DNA of 61,174 nt, the filler included, from Sphacelaria rigidula (Eukaryota), in the NCBI GenBank assembly GCA_964200075.2. It is 4 parts of 4 records of this genome, joined end to end, with 100 filler letters (N's around TTAATTAATTAA, not from the genome) between each part and the next. Parts side by side here need not be neighbours in the genome. Positions count along the whole stretch, not along the records: positions 1 to 15,222 come from CAXNAA020001856.1; positions 15,323 to 30,543 come from CAXNAA020001857.1; 2 more parts are not named here. One strand, given 5' to 3'. The translations under genes were made by a program, and so were the position numbers. The notes under the pieces were generated by a model, which was not told where the DNA came from, searched no databases, and saw nothing but the letters and a program-made list of their open reading frames with translations. Positions within the stretch are counted from its first letter, which is position 1, and the number at the start of each line of letters is the position of its first letter. Positions 12,078-24,588 of this stretch are shown piece by piece.

Positions 12078-13960
12078 CTGACATGTTTTTTTCAGCAATG
12101 ACGCTGGTCGTTGATTGATTCATCAGGAAGCGCGATGGGCGCATGGTGTCACTTCGCATCGATGCTCGATGTACCGACGTATCCAATACGGGGAACCATA
12201 AGAGTGGAACCCATACGCAAGTAGCGATACATGATATTTCTTCCTAGGACATTATGAGCAATCAGCGGTGTAGGCAACTATCCCGAACGTGCAAACACCA
12301 GAATTGCGATTATCCTGTGTGCCCACAAGAGCCGATGACAGTCGCCCAATCATTTTGAGGGTGATACTACTATGAACGCTATTTTCTTGCCGACGTATTT
12401 GGCGCGCGATTGCGACATCTTAGAGATATGAAATTCAATACTGTCTGGCATTATCAGGTTCGGCGTGATGGATAAAAGCGAAGCGGACGATAGATCAATA
12501 AGCCATCAGAGTCTATCGCTTTGCTGATATCTATCGTTCATGCAGACTATATCTATTAGGTACGGACAGCACAGGGTAGTGTACTACATATCCTACCGCT
12601 GGTGGGCGGGACTAGGGAGGAGTTGTTCGGCATGGACAAAGACCTTTGCCTTTATATCCAGACGCGCAAGACGCCGGAAGAAGGTAGCTCGAGCTACGGA
12701 GATGATAGCGGTATGTTGTTATGCTCGTCGAAGAGGTCTATTGTTCGATCGGAAGCTCGCCTAAAATAATGCACAATATTGATTCCTTGCATGAGCGAAC
12801 TGCCTCGGCACCCCCCCCTCTTCCTCTCATGCGTTGAATGTAACGCTTAGGATTCGGGGTTATCACGACGATAGCACTGACTTGTGTGCAAGAAGAATGC
12901 CATCGGTGCTGGAGACGCAGGAGGGTACTCTTTGCGTCGAAAGGCTGCCCGTATTCCGCCACCCCCCGACCGCACTGCAGCTTACAGTCGGGCCAATCCA
13001 CCACGTTGTACATCACGTATCATCGCACTCTGTTGAACTTCTTGAGGAGGACTACAGCCTTGTGCGGGTTGATCAACGTTGTAAACACTCAAAACCCTCA
13101 ACCATCCAATTCTAGTTATTCAGGGGTCCGCACTGTGCTACAGTTTCCTCAAGCGGAGATCGACCGAAAGTCGCCAGCCAAACCATGATCCGCCGGAAGG
13201 TGTTTCTTGATATATGCAATTTGATCTGCGTCTGTGAGTCAATCCGCGTCAGCTTATCAAGAAATCTACTCCCTGTGACGACGGCATTGCCCCTTGAAGT
13301 GGATCTGCAGACAGCATAACACCGAGAATAATGAAAATATTGGTTCGAGAACGCCGTGTCTTGTGGAGCGAAGTAGGAAGCCCTAACCGGGCTTTTTGGT
13401 CTCGCGGCAATAATAATACCGTCTCTCGCTCCGTGATACAAGGGGAACGGGAGGCAAGCAAGTTCCTGTCGCAGCTGACCTCGTTGCTGCTTATCCCTTT
13501 CAATCTTCGTGTTTCTCATCCACGATGAGGGCGGTGTGAATACCACGAGCCAGCCGATTTGAAGGGGAGGTGCGCCGATTACACGCTTGAAGTTACAGTA
13601 CGGGTGAGCAGAGGTGATGCACAGTACTTCGGGATGGACTGGTGCACGAGAAATAATAAAGCCCGTACAATTTGGTTACCGTATGAAACTACAGTGACAG
13701 CACTGCCCAGGGAACCTGCAAGTATATCGTCCAACCGATTATACGGAAATGTTTGGCTCACTTGGCCCGTGTCGTTCATCACTCCGTTTCTCGAGCACTA
13801 TGTATCACGTGTGTATATGGTACCGTACAGCGTCGACATCGTGCATCCTACACATTTTATTGAATTTGATGTACATTTTTGTACTGTACAATATACACTA
13901 CATGCTGCGCCATGATGGCTCTTGCAGCGCGGTAGAGTGCCATGTGTACTCCGAAATAAT

Positions 13961-14916
13961 AAGAGTTGTGAAATGGTTTGGCTAACGACGTAACTGATTG
14001 CAAAAAATTACGACCAGTTACAGTTATCAGTTAAAACTGGACACTAGCGGCGAAGCCGCCCCGCAACTCCGCACGCAAAGGCAACGCGGCAGAGTCGCGT
14101 AAAAACGCCCCCCCCCCGGCTCGCGAGGGGGACCCCCCGGAGGCGCCGTCGGAGGTAAGGAAATTATGCCATTTGGCTTCGCATCTCTTCAAAATCCCGG
14201 CAAATTCTAGTCGCCTAGCGCCAGCAATTCGAGCACGTAATCAGTGCACAAATACACACATATATATGTATAGGGAAGAAAAAAAACAGTAGTACTGAAC
14301 TTTGCGACGGGAATTCAAAAACGAAGCGGTGAGACAGTAGTGCAGCATACATAGCGTTCCGCGTGTACCACCCAAGCGCCAGGAACTGCTGGTAGCACGA
14401 CAGCTTGGTAACGTCATTGAGTGTGACTTCATCAGCCAGGAAAAAATAAGAGAAATCTCGACTTTTCCTCATGCTTCGATTTTACATTGACCAGTCACCA
14501 CTGAACGCTTACAACGCTTGATGCCGACAGAATAAAGCAAAGCACAAACAACAACGCTACACGACGCACTTTTGCTTCACATGTCAGATCCGCTCAATCA
14601 ACAACAGTCCATGCCCAATCTCTGTTATTTTTTTTATCACAGTATATTGTCTGATATGTCCGTGTCTACGTCGAGGTATGTGCGCTGTGCGATCATGTAC
14701 TCGCCTCTGTAACAGCGTCTCCACGGTCAATATAGTACGACAATACTTCAGAAATATTGCCTTGAGTACGACACATATGTACGCATACCACTTTGGAGTA
14801 TGACACATATACCGGATGAAATGATCGGTTCAACTGGTTACAAAACCGATCAGTTAACCAGTTGCAACAGCTAACTGTAACTGGTCAGTTTAACTGGCAG
14901 CCAGTTCATAACTCTA
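13961..14916. mobile_element. Non-autonomous hAT-type DNA transposon (~956 bp)
   Basis: Imperfect TIRs: left AAGAGTTGTGAAATGG; right end reverse-complemented TAGAGTTATGAACTGG. Inverted subterminal GACCAGTTACAGTTA motifs. 8-bp TSD-like flanks GAAATAAT / GAAATGAT. Confidence 0.7.
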
Positions 14917-15222
14917 GAAATGATACTTCAATCGATTCTCCTAATTACCACGTATGCGTAGCTTGAACTTTACAAGGCTCGGACAAATCAATGACTTGTC
15001 TGGAAATTACTTGGTTTTAGTGTAATTGTTTCGAATCGTACGAATCAATCCCCAGGCTTTGTTTCAGCGTTCCAACCCGGATACACGCAGCCCAGACACG
15101 TGGAATGGCGCAAAAGTTGCATGGATACCCCTTGGACCAGTGTTCAACGTTTTTCTCCCTTTTGGGCAATCAGGCCGAAGAAATCGTGGATGTGGTGATT
15201 CGAACCCGTGATGATTCGTCCT

Positions 15223-15322
15223 NNNNNNNNNNNNNNNNNNNNNNNNNNNNNNNNNNNNNNNNNNNNTTAATTAATTAANNNNNNNNNNNNNNNNNNNNNN
15301 NNNNNNNNNNNNNNNNNNNNNN
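15223..15322. other. Assembly scaffold spacer (N-run with TTAATTAATTAA linker)
   Basis: 100-bp N block with a six-frame stop linker. Confidence 0.97.
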
Positions 15323-15760
15323 CATTTCTCCTCCAAACAAAGAGGGTACCCAGGTTTGTCGCTAATGCACCATGGTACACCCTACTGTGACGTTTGCCCT
15401 TATTTTTTGCCGGGGAGCTAAAGATTTTGTTAGCCGTGCGCGGCACATACATGGTTTGGCGGTACTCAACCAGCCGCCTTGAAAAGAGTGGGAGGGTCTG
15501 TACTGTAGTCGAGAAATGGTATTTCGAAAAAAAACGGACCACGTTGGATGTACCGATGCACATCTATCTGGTCCAACTAGAGTACGGTGTAGCCTTGCGG
15601 GGAAGCCCTCCTTCGCGTGTGTCCCTAATATATATACACAGGTGGACACTTTGCTACACCTTCTGAACACCTTCCGAAGGTAGAGACCCTTTGGCGACCC
15701 TTCGAAGGTCCAGAACCCCCTGTGGTGACCCTCGAAACACCCTCTACTACTGTTGAGGTG

Positions 15761-15835
15761 AGCGCTCACTGGTTCAATGGGTGGACTGTTCGCTTCCTGA
15801 ACAAGAGATAAAGGGTTCGAGTCCCGACGCGATCA
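15761..15835 (+). mobile_element. tRNA-derived SINE head / tRNA-like pseudogene
   Basis: Pol III A-box TGGTTCAATGG (15770-15780) and B-box GGTTCGAGTCC (15814-15824) at tRNA spacing, without a clean cloverleaf. Confidence 0.55.
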
Positions 15836-16310
15836 ATTGTGGAAGGAGATTTTGACCATGTAAACAACGAGGTTTCCAAGGGGCAGGGAGCTCCGGAGAT
15901 CACTGTTTCAATGGACTGTTCGTTGTTTGAATACCTATAAGGTCCAAAACCCCTTGTGGCGACCCTCTACACATCCTCTACAGTGTGCCTGTATCCTGCG
16001 GCGAGAGTAAAATGCCCAACCTGTGCATGATGCTGGACTATGTTTCCCCCCGTTTCCTTCAAGGCATGTGTGCAACACATCAACTACCTCGGTCGATAGG
16101 TCTCGAGAATTCTGAGGAAAAGTAGCGGGTGTGGCGGGTTTCATCGATGACGCGATCTTTGAACAAAGTATTACCATTTCGGCGCAATAATACGAAAGAT
16201 ACAGCTTTTCTAGTCTGAACTCCTGTACATCATGTACAGGACATACTGTACAGTGTGCCTGTAAAGCGATACATCGAAGCTGACGGGCCTGCGCAGAGGA
16301 TAAGGTTTTC

Positions 16311-16543
16311 CCGCGATAGCCCCCCCACAAACCAGCCTCCAAACTGTCAAGAAAATGGCCATATCGCGCATGATCGCTGGTTTCAGACTGCATGAAGCGC
16401 CAGGCGTCACATGGGCGGCATTGGCGAGAACGATCCCATGAGGGGGAATTCACAGCTGCTTGGTGTGCTCGGTTTTTGTCATTTTGTTCACAGGTCGATT
16501 TTGCCTCTTCAAACCAGACACTTTTCTGGGGGGGCTATCGCGG
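16311..16543. mobile_element. 233-bp MITE with perfect 17-bp TIRs
   Basis: CCGCGATAGCCCCCCCA ... TGGGGGGGCTATCGCGG; no clear TSD. Confidence 0.65.
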
Positions 16544-17117
16544 CATTATTGCACAATACTGTCTGTACATAGTCGAGACGAGTTGCTTGCTGCCGGCACC
16601 TTCGGTCCAACTGTCGACTTTTCAAGTGCAAATTACACTCCGTCGCATCATTCCATCATTCACCACATCACGATTGCAGTAAGAGCCAATCCGTCAATGG
16701 CGCTTTTCAAAGTACACCATTATGTATTTTATATTTTGTCACCTACTCTCTGCCCCCCGAACGATTTTTTCATAGACTTGAGGTCCGTTATTCCTCTATC
16801 CTCATCAAAGCATTCTCGGTATTTGCCCACAACTGCGATACATTGCCCAAGTGCAAGTAGCTTCCCCCCCGTAGATGCGGGCAAGGCACACTCGACGACT
16901 GCACAAAACAGAATTTTACGTCTACACGTCAAGCGCACTAAAATCATTTCCCACGCAAGTACGTCAGATTGACACACTGGGCGACGACTCCAATGCCAGA
17001 TACTCTCAAGAGGTAATGGACACGAGCGCAAAGAGCCACTTTCGCAAAAACTATCCAATGGTAGCGAGTGCCATGATGCTGATGCATGCCCCCCCGCAGA
17101 GCACGCAGATACGCAGC

Positions 17118-20100
17118 CTACTTGAGAGGTTTAAGGCCAAGCTTAGCCCTCTCGTCGTTCCAAAATTCCACCGACCCGGTAGAAGCTTTGCCCCCTCTCC
17201 CGCCCCCCCCATCATCTTCACCCTGTTTGTTGGGCTCCTTAAAAAGCTTGCTGCCCTTCGGTTTCTTAGCCTTCGTCTCTTTCTTCGTGATCTTGGGTGC
17301 ATTATCCGGCGTTCCACCGACGGAAGGCGACCTCTCGGGTGACGACGGAGAGCGTGAACGGCGGCGCTTGCGCTCCCTGCTCGGGCTTCTGCTGTAGCTT
17401 CTGTCCCGTCCCCTGTGAATATATGTACATGTACTGATTGAATGATTTCCAGTAATATCAAGTCATCAAGTCATCAACATCGAGGTAACCCGCCGTAGTC
17501 ACCAGATATCGTAGACAGACGTACCCAAGGTAGACAAAACGCATATATTATTTGAAGGAAACTCGAGAAAGGTATAAGTCCAAGCAGCATAAAAGCGGAG
17601 TAAAGCGAACAAAGACGAGGAGACAAGACAGGAGAAATGAAATATAGTGTAATACTTCGAAGTAAAATTATACAAAAAAAGGGACACACGTACAACAATA
17701 AACAACAAAGTATCAGCCAGGCCGACGGAAATGCTAGGGGGTACAGTATGCCCTTCAAGGCAAGCGAAACGTTCGCCTTGAGTCACGCTGGCTGTGAATT
17801 GCGCTTTCATGAAGCGCTGGAGGTTGGCCGTGAAAATATTACGTACTATTTATGCCACTTTATGGAAAAGAAGAGCTCGCCTCACACGGCCACACATGGT
17901 GAAGAACAGCAGCTGTGAGCGATCCACACATGGTGAAGAACGACCCTCAAGATGTGTGGTGGCGAATCACCGCACGAGCAAACATAGTGTAACATAACTT
18001 CCAGCATCCGCCAAAAAATACAACGATTGCAAAGAAGATACTCGTGTGGGTTTCAGTCTCGGCGATGCGATCGTGTTGCACGTCCCACGCACGTCTAGAG
18101 CAAACACTTTCAGGCTAACGGCATCGTTTTCAATAATCGCGGCAACAAGTAAGTAAACACGCAACACATCCCGCGACCGCCGCGGCATCACTTCAAATAC
18201 ACAGTCAAGAATAACTGGCGCACGAGCCCCATGAAGTACTCACCTACTGCGGCTGCGGCTGCGGCTCTTGCTTCGGCGAGAGGATCTCCCGGCATCCCGG
18301 TGGGCCTTGCGACTGTCGGCGCTCCGGCTCCGGCTCCGGCTCCGGCTCCTGCGCCCCCCACCCCTCCTGCCACCCCCCCGACCGGCGTTGTCCCGGCTGT
18401 CGCTCCGAGCGCGGCGCTCGCGACTGCGGGACACGCTTCTGCTGTGCCCCCGCCACCCCCCACCCCCAGCACGATCCCTCCCCCCTCTGTCACGTCTGCC
18501 GCCGCCGCCGCCGCCCCCGCCGCCGCGTCTGCCCCTCTCGCTGCTGTTGCTTGCAGCCCGATCACGCCTGTGGTATCCATCCCTGCTCCTGCTCCTACTC
18601 CTACTCCGCTCGCGGCGGCGGGTGCGGTTTGCCTCGCGGGAGTGGCTGCGACTTCTGCTTTTACTGCGGGCGCCTCTCCGGCCACCGCCGCGGCCTGATC
18701 GGTGGTCCCCACGGTCGCGGCTCCTGGCGCCAAGCAACAGGCAACAAGTATTAATTTGCGATCGCAGGTACGAGGGGGTTACACAATGCAGACAGCGTTA
18801 TGCAACATTGTGGTTAGTATAGGTGGAACGGGTCGCGTGACGGTTGTATTGCAAGAGGCTCTGTTGCAGAAACACGCTGGCGCATTCTACAGAATCGCAA
18901 GCGAGAAAAAACACAACAAAACGCAAAGCGTGCACACCTACGACGAAATGTACATGTAGGGAGCCCCAGCAGTCTAGCGACACTGACCGAGCACAAGTGG
19001 CACTCATCCAGTCTCCCTCGAGGGTTTCACGATCCCCCACTGTAAATTCTAGTTGACAAGTCAAACCTAGTCGGGCCGCGGGGCGAATTTGAAAGGTTGT
19101 TGAAACGTGAAGAAACACCAATGACCCATGACAAAACAAAGGGTGTACCCGTCTCTGCCGTTGCCGTCACGCCTGCCACTGCGATCCCTGCCGCCCCGCT
19201 CTCTCTCTCGGCTCCTGCTGCGGCTGATGCTCTTGCTCCTAGCTCGATCCCTCCACCCCCGTCCCCTGCTACGACTGCGGCTCCTCCTTCCGTCTCGGCT
19301 GGGGCTCCTGTCATGTCTCCTATCATGAGGTCTGTCCCTGCGATCATCCTTACGACGGCCGTCCTCGTCAGCAGAGGATTCACCGTCGTCTTTGTTTTTC
19401 TTCCTTCCTCCCCTGTCCTTCTCACCATCACTGATGCCATCGTCGTTGTCTCTCGTCTTGACCTTGCGATCCTCTACCCCTGCGCTGAAACTGCGGCTTC
19501 GACTCACGCTTCTGCTTCTGTCAGCCCCGTCACGAGCCTCCAGAATTTTCTCTGAAGCTTCTTTGTGGCCGGATGATGACGCGGCGGCGGCGGCGGCGGC
19601 AGCCGCGATGGCTTTAGCCTTGGCCTTACCCTTCGCCTTGGCACTACTGCCCATCCCTGCGCGTTCGTCTTGCACATCTTGGATGAGAGACATCGCCAGT
19701 GCTTCACGTGCCTCGATCTCTGCGGTGCTTGCGGGTGCAGGGGGTTTCGGCTGCGGCGTGGATCATGAGACGGGTTGGGAGGGAAAGGTGGGGAAGTTTT
19801 GGCAAGTTTGTTACAGAAGTGTTGCCCTCGGCGCCGTGCAATGATGCGGATACATGTCCACCCATCACGCGTCCAATAGGATCGGTAACAAGCATGATGT
19901 ATGCCCCGTACATCGGCACTTATCAGCAGTACTCATGAATAAATGACAGCATGCAACACACTTCCAACGTTAAAACGAAACATAGCGCTCACGTTATGGC
20001 GGAATTTGTCCTCTTCGCCGTCATCGCTTTTCTTGGCGGGGGACGTGTCGCGGGTGTCCCCTCTGTCCCTGTCCCTGTCCTTGCCGCGGCCGTTGTCACG

Positions 20101-23100
20101 ACTGTCGCTGCGACCCCTTTCCTCACTTCGTGCACGGTCCCGACCCCTACGAAATTCGCATACAAGTGCACGAGGTGACGAGCGAATGACGTTGTTCGTT
20201 CAAGGCAAGTGCCGTGATGTGTGCAATACCTACCTTAGCCTCGTCGAGAGCATCGCCAACTACACACCTCCACTGGACGCCTGCCGCCATGTACCCCACC
20301 GGAAAATCCGCACGACTAATTCCACGCCAAGCTGGGCGGCTAAGGTCTATTCCATAGTTTAAGACCACCGGCGGGTTGTACCCGTTCGGCGTGAACAGAG
20401 CTGTTACTTCGTGCCATTGAGAGAATCCTGTCATGGAGTGAGAGTCCAAGCCTTCTTCGACGTCAAAGTGATGGCCGTTTGTGTATAAAACACCCCAGAC
20501 ACCGAAGTCACGAGAGAATTTTCCAGTCTTTTGCCACTAGGGCAGTACCAACTAGTGCGGACGAAGCAAACAAACCGTCCACCAACGACATCACCTGGGC
20601 TACCGTGGGGCTATTTGTTGCCCACCTGTGACGGTCACTTCTGTCTCTGCTGCGGTCTCTACGTCGGTCGTGGTGTCTGCTTTTACTGGCCCTCTTTCGG
20701 TCGTTGTCAGCCTCGCCGTCTTCCTCTTCCTCGCTCACCTCAGCAGCAGCCTGAGACGTCCACACACAGCATTATTCATCACCATCAATAACACAATGAT
20801 CCATCATCTGGAACGCCGTCATTAAACTGCAATTCAAAGTCCAATTCCATGGCACGGATCTCATTACCTCAGATACGCCACGTGCGCACATGCCGCGATT
20901 TGACACTGTAGTGCTGCGGGCTGTACTTATAAATACAAGCAACAAAGCATAAGAGAAAAAAGACCAGACGATGGCGAAAAACAAAGATAGTCATAGCATG
21001 CATGCATCTCAAACCAGCAACCAAGTTCACCAAGCCAACATCAAATTACGGATCGTTGCGGCAAAGCAGCTTACATCCCAGTCTTCATCTAGCATGCTGA
21101 CGCGCGGCCCTTTGAGTAGCTTGGAGTCTTCCAGAGCAACGCGCTTGGGTAAGCGAGGCAGAGCGATGCTGCACGAGATGTCATCGTGCAACAATTCCTC
21201 GATGACTTGGTCTATAGTGCGGAGATCCCATCCTACAATCGGATGAATTTACGACGCACGCGGGCATCGGATAATCGCCTTTTGAAGTACCAACATTCAA
21301 CATTCAAGTACGACCCTTCGCTCATTTGTGACATCTCGTGGAGTGGGAAATATGTTCGACACATTTGCAGACAGCGAAGTGGCATCTACTAGGACACGCC
21401 ACTCCCGCAACGTAAAAAAGGTCACCCCATAATGAAAGGGACGTGAGATTGGCGCCCCCGTGCAAGAATGTCACCCAGGACGCCGAACAGGTATATCCGT
21501 CTTGCTACGGGTGCGGCGTTCAGTCTACAGCATAGTACTAGACTGGTATGCATTACGACGGCACCGGGCTAATGACAAAAACAACGTGCACTTCACAAGC
21601 CGCGGTAATGAAGAAGAAATGGCATGCACTCATGCACTCGACATGAAACATCGATGCGAATAACAGTTCGAAATACAGCGCAGCACGTGTATCGCCACCA
21701 TGAAACGTCACACGCGAAATACACGTCATGCAGCTCCGCTAACAGCAACCGCGCAGCATGTAGGAACAGACTTGCAGTGTCTAGCAAACGGACGCTTTAA
21801 GCACACCTTTCCCTGCAGGACCCACGCGTCTCGATCCACAGCAGAAAGTTTACTGCTGCTACGTCGTACACCACCGATAGATGGCCGGGATGAGTTGGAT
21901 AAGTGTGTGAGACAGCAGTGAACAACTTGGACAAAGCTAGACCCGCTACTGGATATGCAACTCTTGACCGTGCATGAAATGTTCACCTTGCATGAGACGC
22001 ATCTTGATCTTGCGGTAGTCGTTATACAGTGGCTCCAGGTACTGGTAGATGTCTGCAGGGGTACCCACGAGCCTCAAATAAAACGCACCTAACACTCGAA
22101 CGTATCTGCCAATATCATCAAAACGAAAAACCCCCCGACCACACCGCACACGACACGCGTGGAGAGCAGACCCGGGCACGGAAGCGGTTGGTTGGGCATT
22201 GCCTACTTCCGGCTTACAACAAGAGCTGGTGGCGCTTTTTTCTGAGCAGTGTTCAGTCACAACGAACGAAAAACGAAAATAGCTAGGCAGGCCGCGTATC
22301 ACATGTCGATTTCGGAAAGACTTTGAGACAAAACAGGAGGAAAAACTTCCAAGTTGAAAGTAAGAGGCACATGAAGGGGAAAGGTGACGCACAGCCCCGA
22401 GAACAAAACACATGACCAGCGCTCTAGGGTCAACAGTATCGATATGTTATCATCCACAAGCACAAGTCATGTTTTCCCCCCTGAATGTACCTGGACCATT
22501 CCTCAAAACAGCACAGCAAGGATCGGCGCAAAATGAATTGACAATATCTCACTTGTAATCGTCGTTTTTTATGAACTCGATGATGATCTCCTTCTCCGGC
22601 TGAATCTGCAACATCTTCAGCACAAGACACAGAAATTTGGTCGGCTGCATGTTTCCTCCAAACGTGCCTCCGAGATGCGTGAGAGCCATAGCTTTATCCA
22701 CCAGAGTCTCAGCTGTCAGCCCGAAGCAGTGCTCCTTCCAGTAACTGTGCCAGTTGCATCCAGTACCCGACGAAGGAGCGCGGCAAACGTATATAAAGCA
22801 CGTGCAGTACACGCGGATCACCATGAGAGCAGCGTCAGATCGGGCGCAGAATGGTAACAAGCGTGTTTCTTGCTAACCTCACCTCAAAGTTCCTTGTTTT
22901 TGTGTGTGTGCCAGGGGAGTCTTGTACCCTCTGCTCGGGGGTTGAGAGGCATCACGTTGGTTTTTCGAGTAACATCAGACCAGAACATATCCCATGCATG
23001 GAAGGGACGTTCGGGAAGTAGCAATGAGTGCATCTACGGGTTACGCACATATACGGGGTGTACCACCCTCGGCGATGTATTTGTAGCACCGGATCGGTGG

Positions 23101-24588
23101 TACATTGTGTACCAGCGATCTCCTCTGACATTGGTGTCTTCAACACCAAGTGCGTGTTTACTACGCTCATGTTCAGCTATCAGGGTCAGCTCGCACCATT
23201 GCAAGAGGACAAGCAGCAATTGACGCAGTCTGGGACACATTTAAATTATTCTACCAGTGCGAGTTACACAGCAACTTCCTAAGTTCTTGTCTACCCTCAT
23301 GTATCCCCTCTACTGCGTGTGCAGTGGACTTGCTGCAACTCGAACCGCTGAAAATGCTTTCATCCCCCGTTTCACAAGCCCCCCCGTACCGCTTGATTCG
23401 GGTATTTGATGTTGACCCAAACCACTTCAGCACGCTATCAGTACCGCATGCTAGCCCACGTAGCTGACCTGATAGCCCAGCCCGCCTAGAATGCTCTCAC
23501 CCCACAGGAGGGGCGATGCCACGTGAGTCACGTGGACCCAGATAACGCGCTATCACCAAGGGGAACAGAGCATAACAGCCCTGCAAAATCGAATGCACCT
23601 CAGTCGGGACTCCAGAAAACTCGTCACAGTGGAGTGACACGATCCGTGACATAGACTAGTCTAGGGCCTCGCATGTGACCAATCCATCACCATCGGTTGT
23701 ATTTTCATTGGTATATAAAAATAGTTGAAAAAGCTCAGTCTCCAGCTGCACGGCTGCATGACACGAGACAAACGACATGTAACAACCCCACTGTTGACCG
23801 TTGACTGTTGGGTGTTGATGTGCCGAGGAACGAACAGTACGAGGGATACCATTACATCACACCCGGAGTGCACGACCGGCGCCTCAATGTCGTTGCTCGA
23901 CTACACTGCGATACAGCATGTAAACATGCCGCCCTTGCAAAATCTAGACGCATACTCGAAATGGGTAACGGGGGCAACAGGACACTCTGTATTCAGGTTG
24001 TTGTATATGCTGCTATCGTCATCTAGCACTCACAGATTGTTGTAGATCTTCTGGCGAGTGATCTTTTCGATCAGGTTCTGCGGGTTCGTCCCATGGACGG
24101 TGCGCGCCAGTGGATCTGCAACAGAACCACACAACACACACCACATGCCACGCGCCGTTCGAAATCTCAAGATGTGAACATGCGACAGGCATCACCCAGC
24201 GGATATAGATCAGCAGAAAACGCAACACATAACGATCAGCACCCATTTCTCTCGACGACAGTGGTAGACACTCCTACTGTATCTCTGCAGCATTTGTCTA
24301 CTCCGCGAGACGAATGAATCATGAACAGTTTGTGACTGCGGAGCGAGTAGGCTCAAGAAAAATGGCTTCTAGTAGTCAACATGCAGAGAGATCTTCGATC
24401 GACTCTGCCTCTTCCTTTGCCACCCTTGTGCTTGTTGTGTGCCACTCACGCTACCGCACAGATTTTAAAAATCGGACAGAAGAATGGTACTATGCAGCTC
24501 GCCAGACAGCACAGCGGCTTCAAGCACTTGACAGTACTAATCTGCGTTCGTTGTTGCCGTGCACGGGCTTACCGGTTGCGTTCGCCAT
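17118..24588 (-). CDS. PRP38: Pre-mRNA splicing factor PRP38 with long RS/RD domain and C-terminal HIND-like motif; 10 exons (24588-24573, 24115-24034, 22744-22553, 22105-21987, 21232-21075, 20750-20626, 20146-19993, 19750-19149, 18723-18244, 17412-17118), 740 aa
   Basis: MANATDPLARTVHGTNPQNLIEKITRQKIYNNLYWKEHCFGLTAETLVDKAM...PTKFLCLVLKMLQIQPEKEII...DYKYVRVLGAFYLRL...YLEPLYNDYRKI...CSIALPRLPKR is the PRP38 signature. All nine introns are GT-AG with consistent phases, and the exon lengths sum to 2223 nt (741 codons). Confidence 0.96.
17440..17720 (-). mobile_element. 3' tail fragment of an RTE-like LINE/SINE in PRP38 intron 9
   Basis: Pyrimidine-rich tract, then GGGTACGTC...GTGACTACGGC...AATCATTCAATCA; same architecture as the tail at 47510-47900. 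Confidence 0.5.

Noticed and set aside
15267-15278. TTAATTAATTAA palindromes (also near 30588 and 45904)
   Set aside because: Artificial scaffold linker inside N-runs
15761-15835. Functional tRNA gene (also 55300-55372)
   Set aside because: A and B boxes are present but the acceptor and anticodon stems do not pair properly; treated as SINE heads
18188-19844. Ala/Pro/Gly-rich ORFs on both strands
   Set aside because: Alternative frames of the PRP38 RS-domain exons
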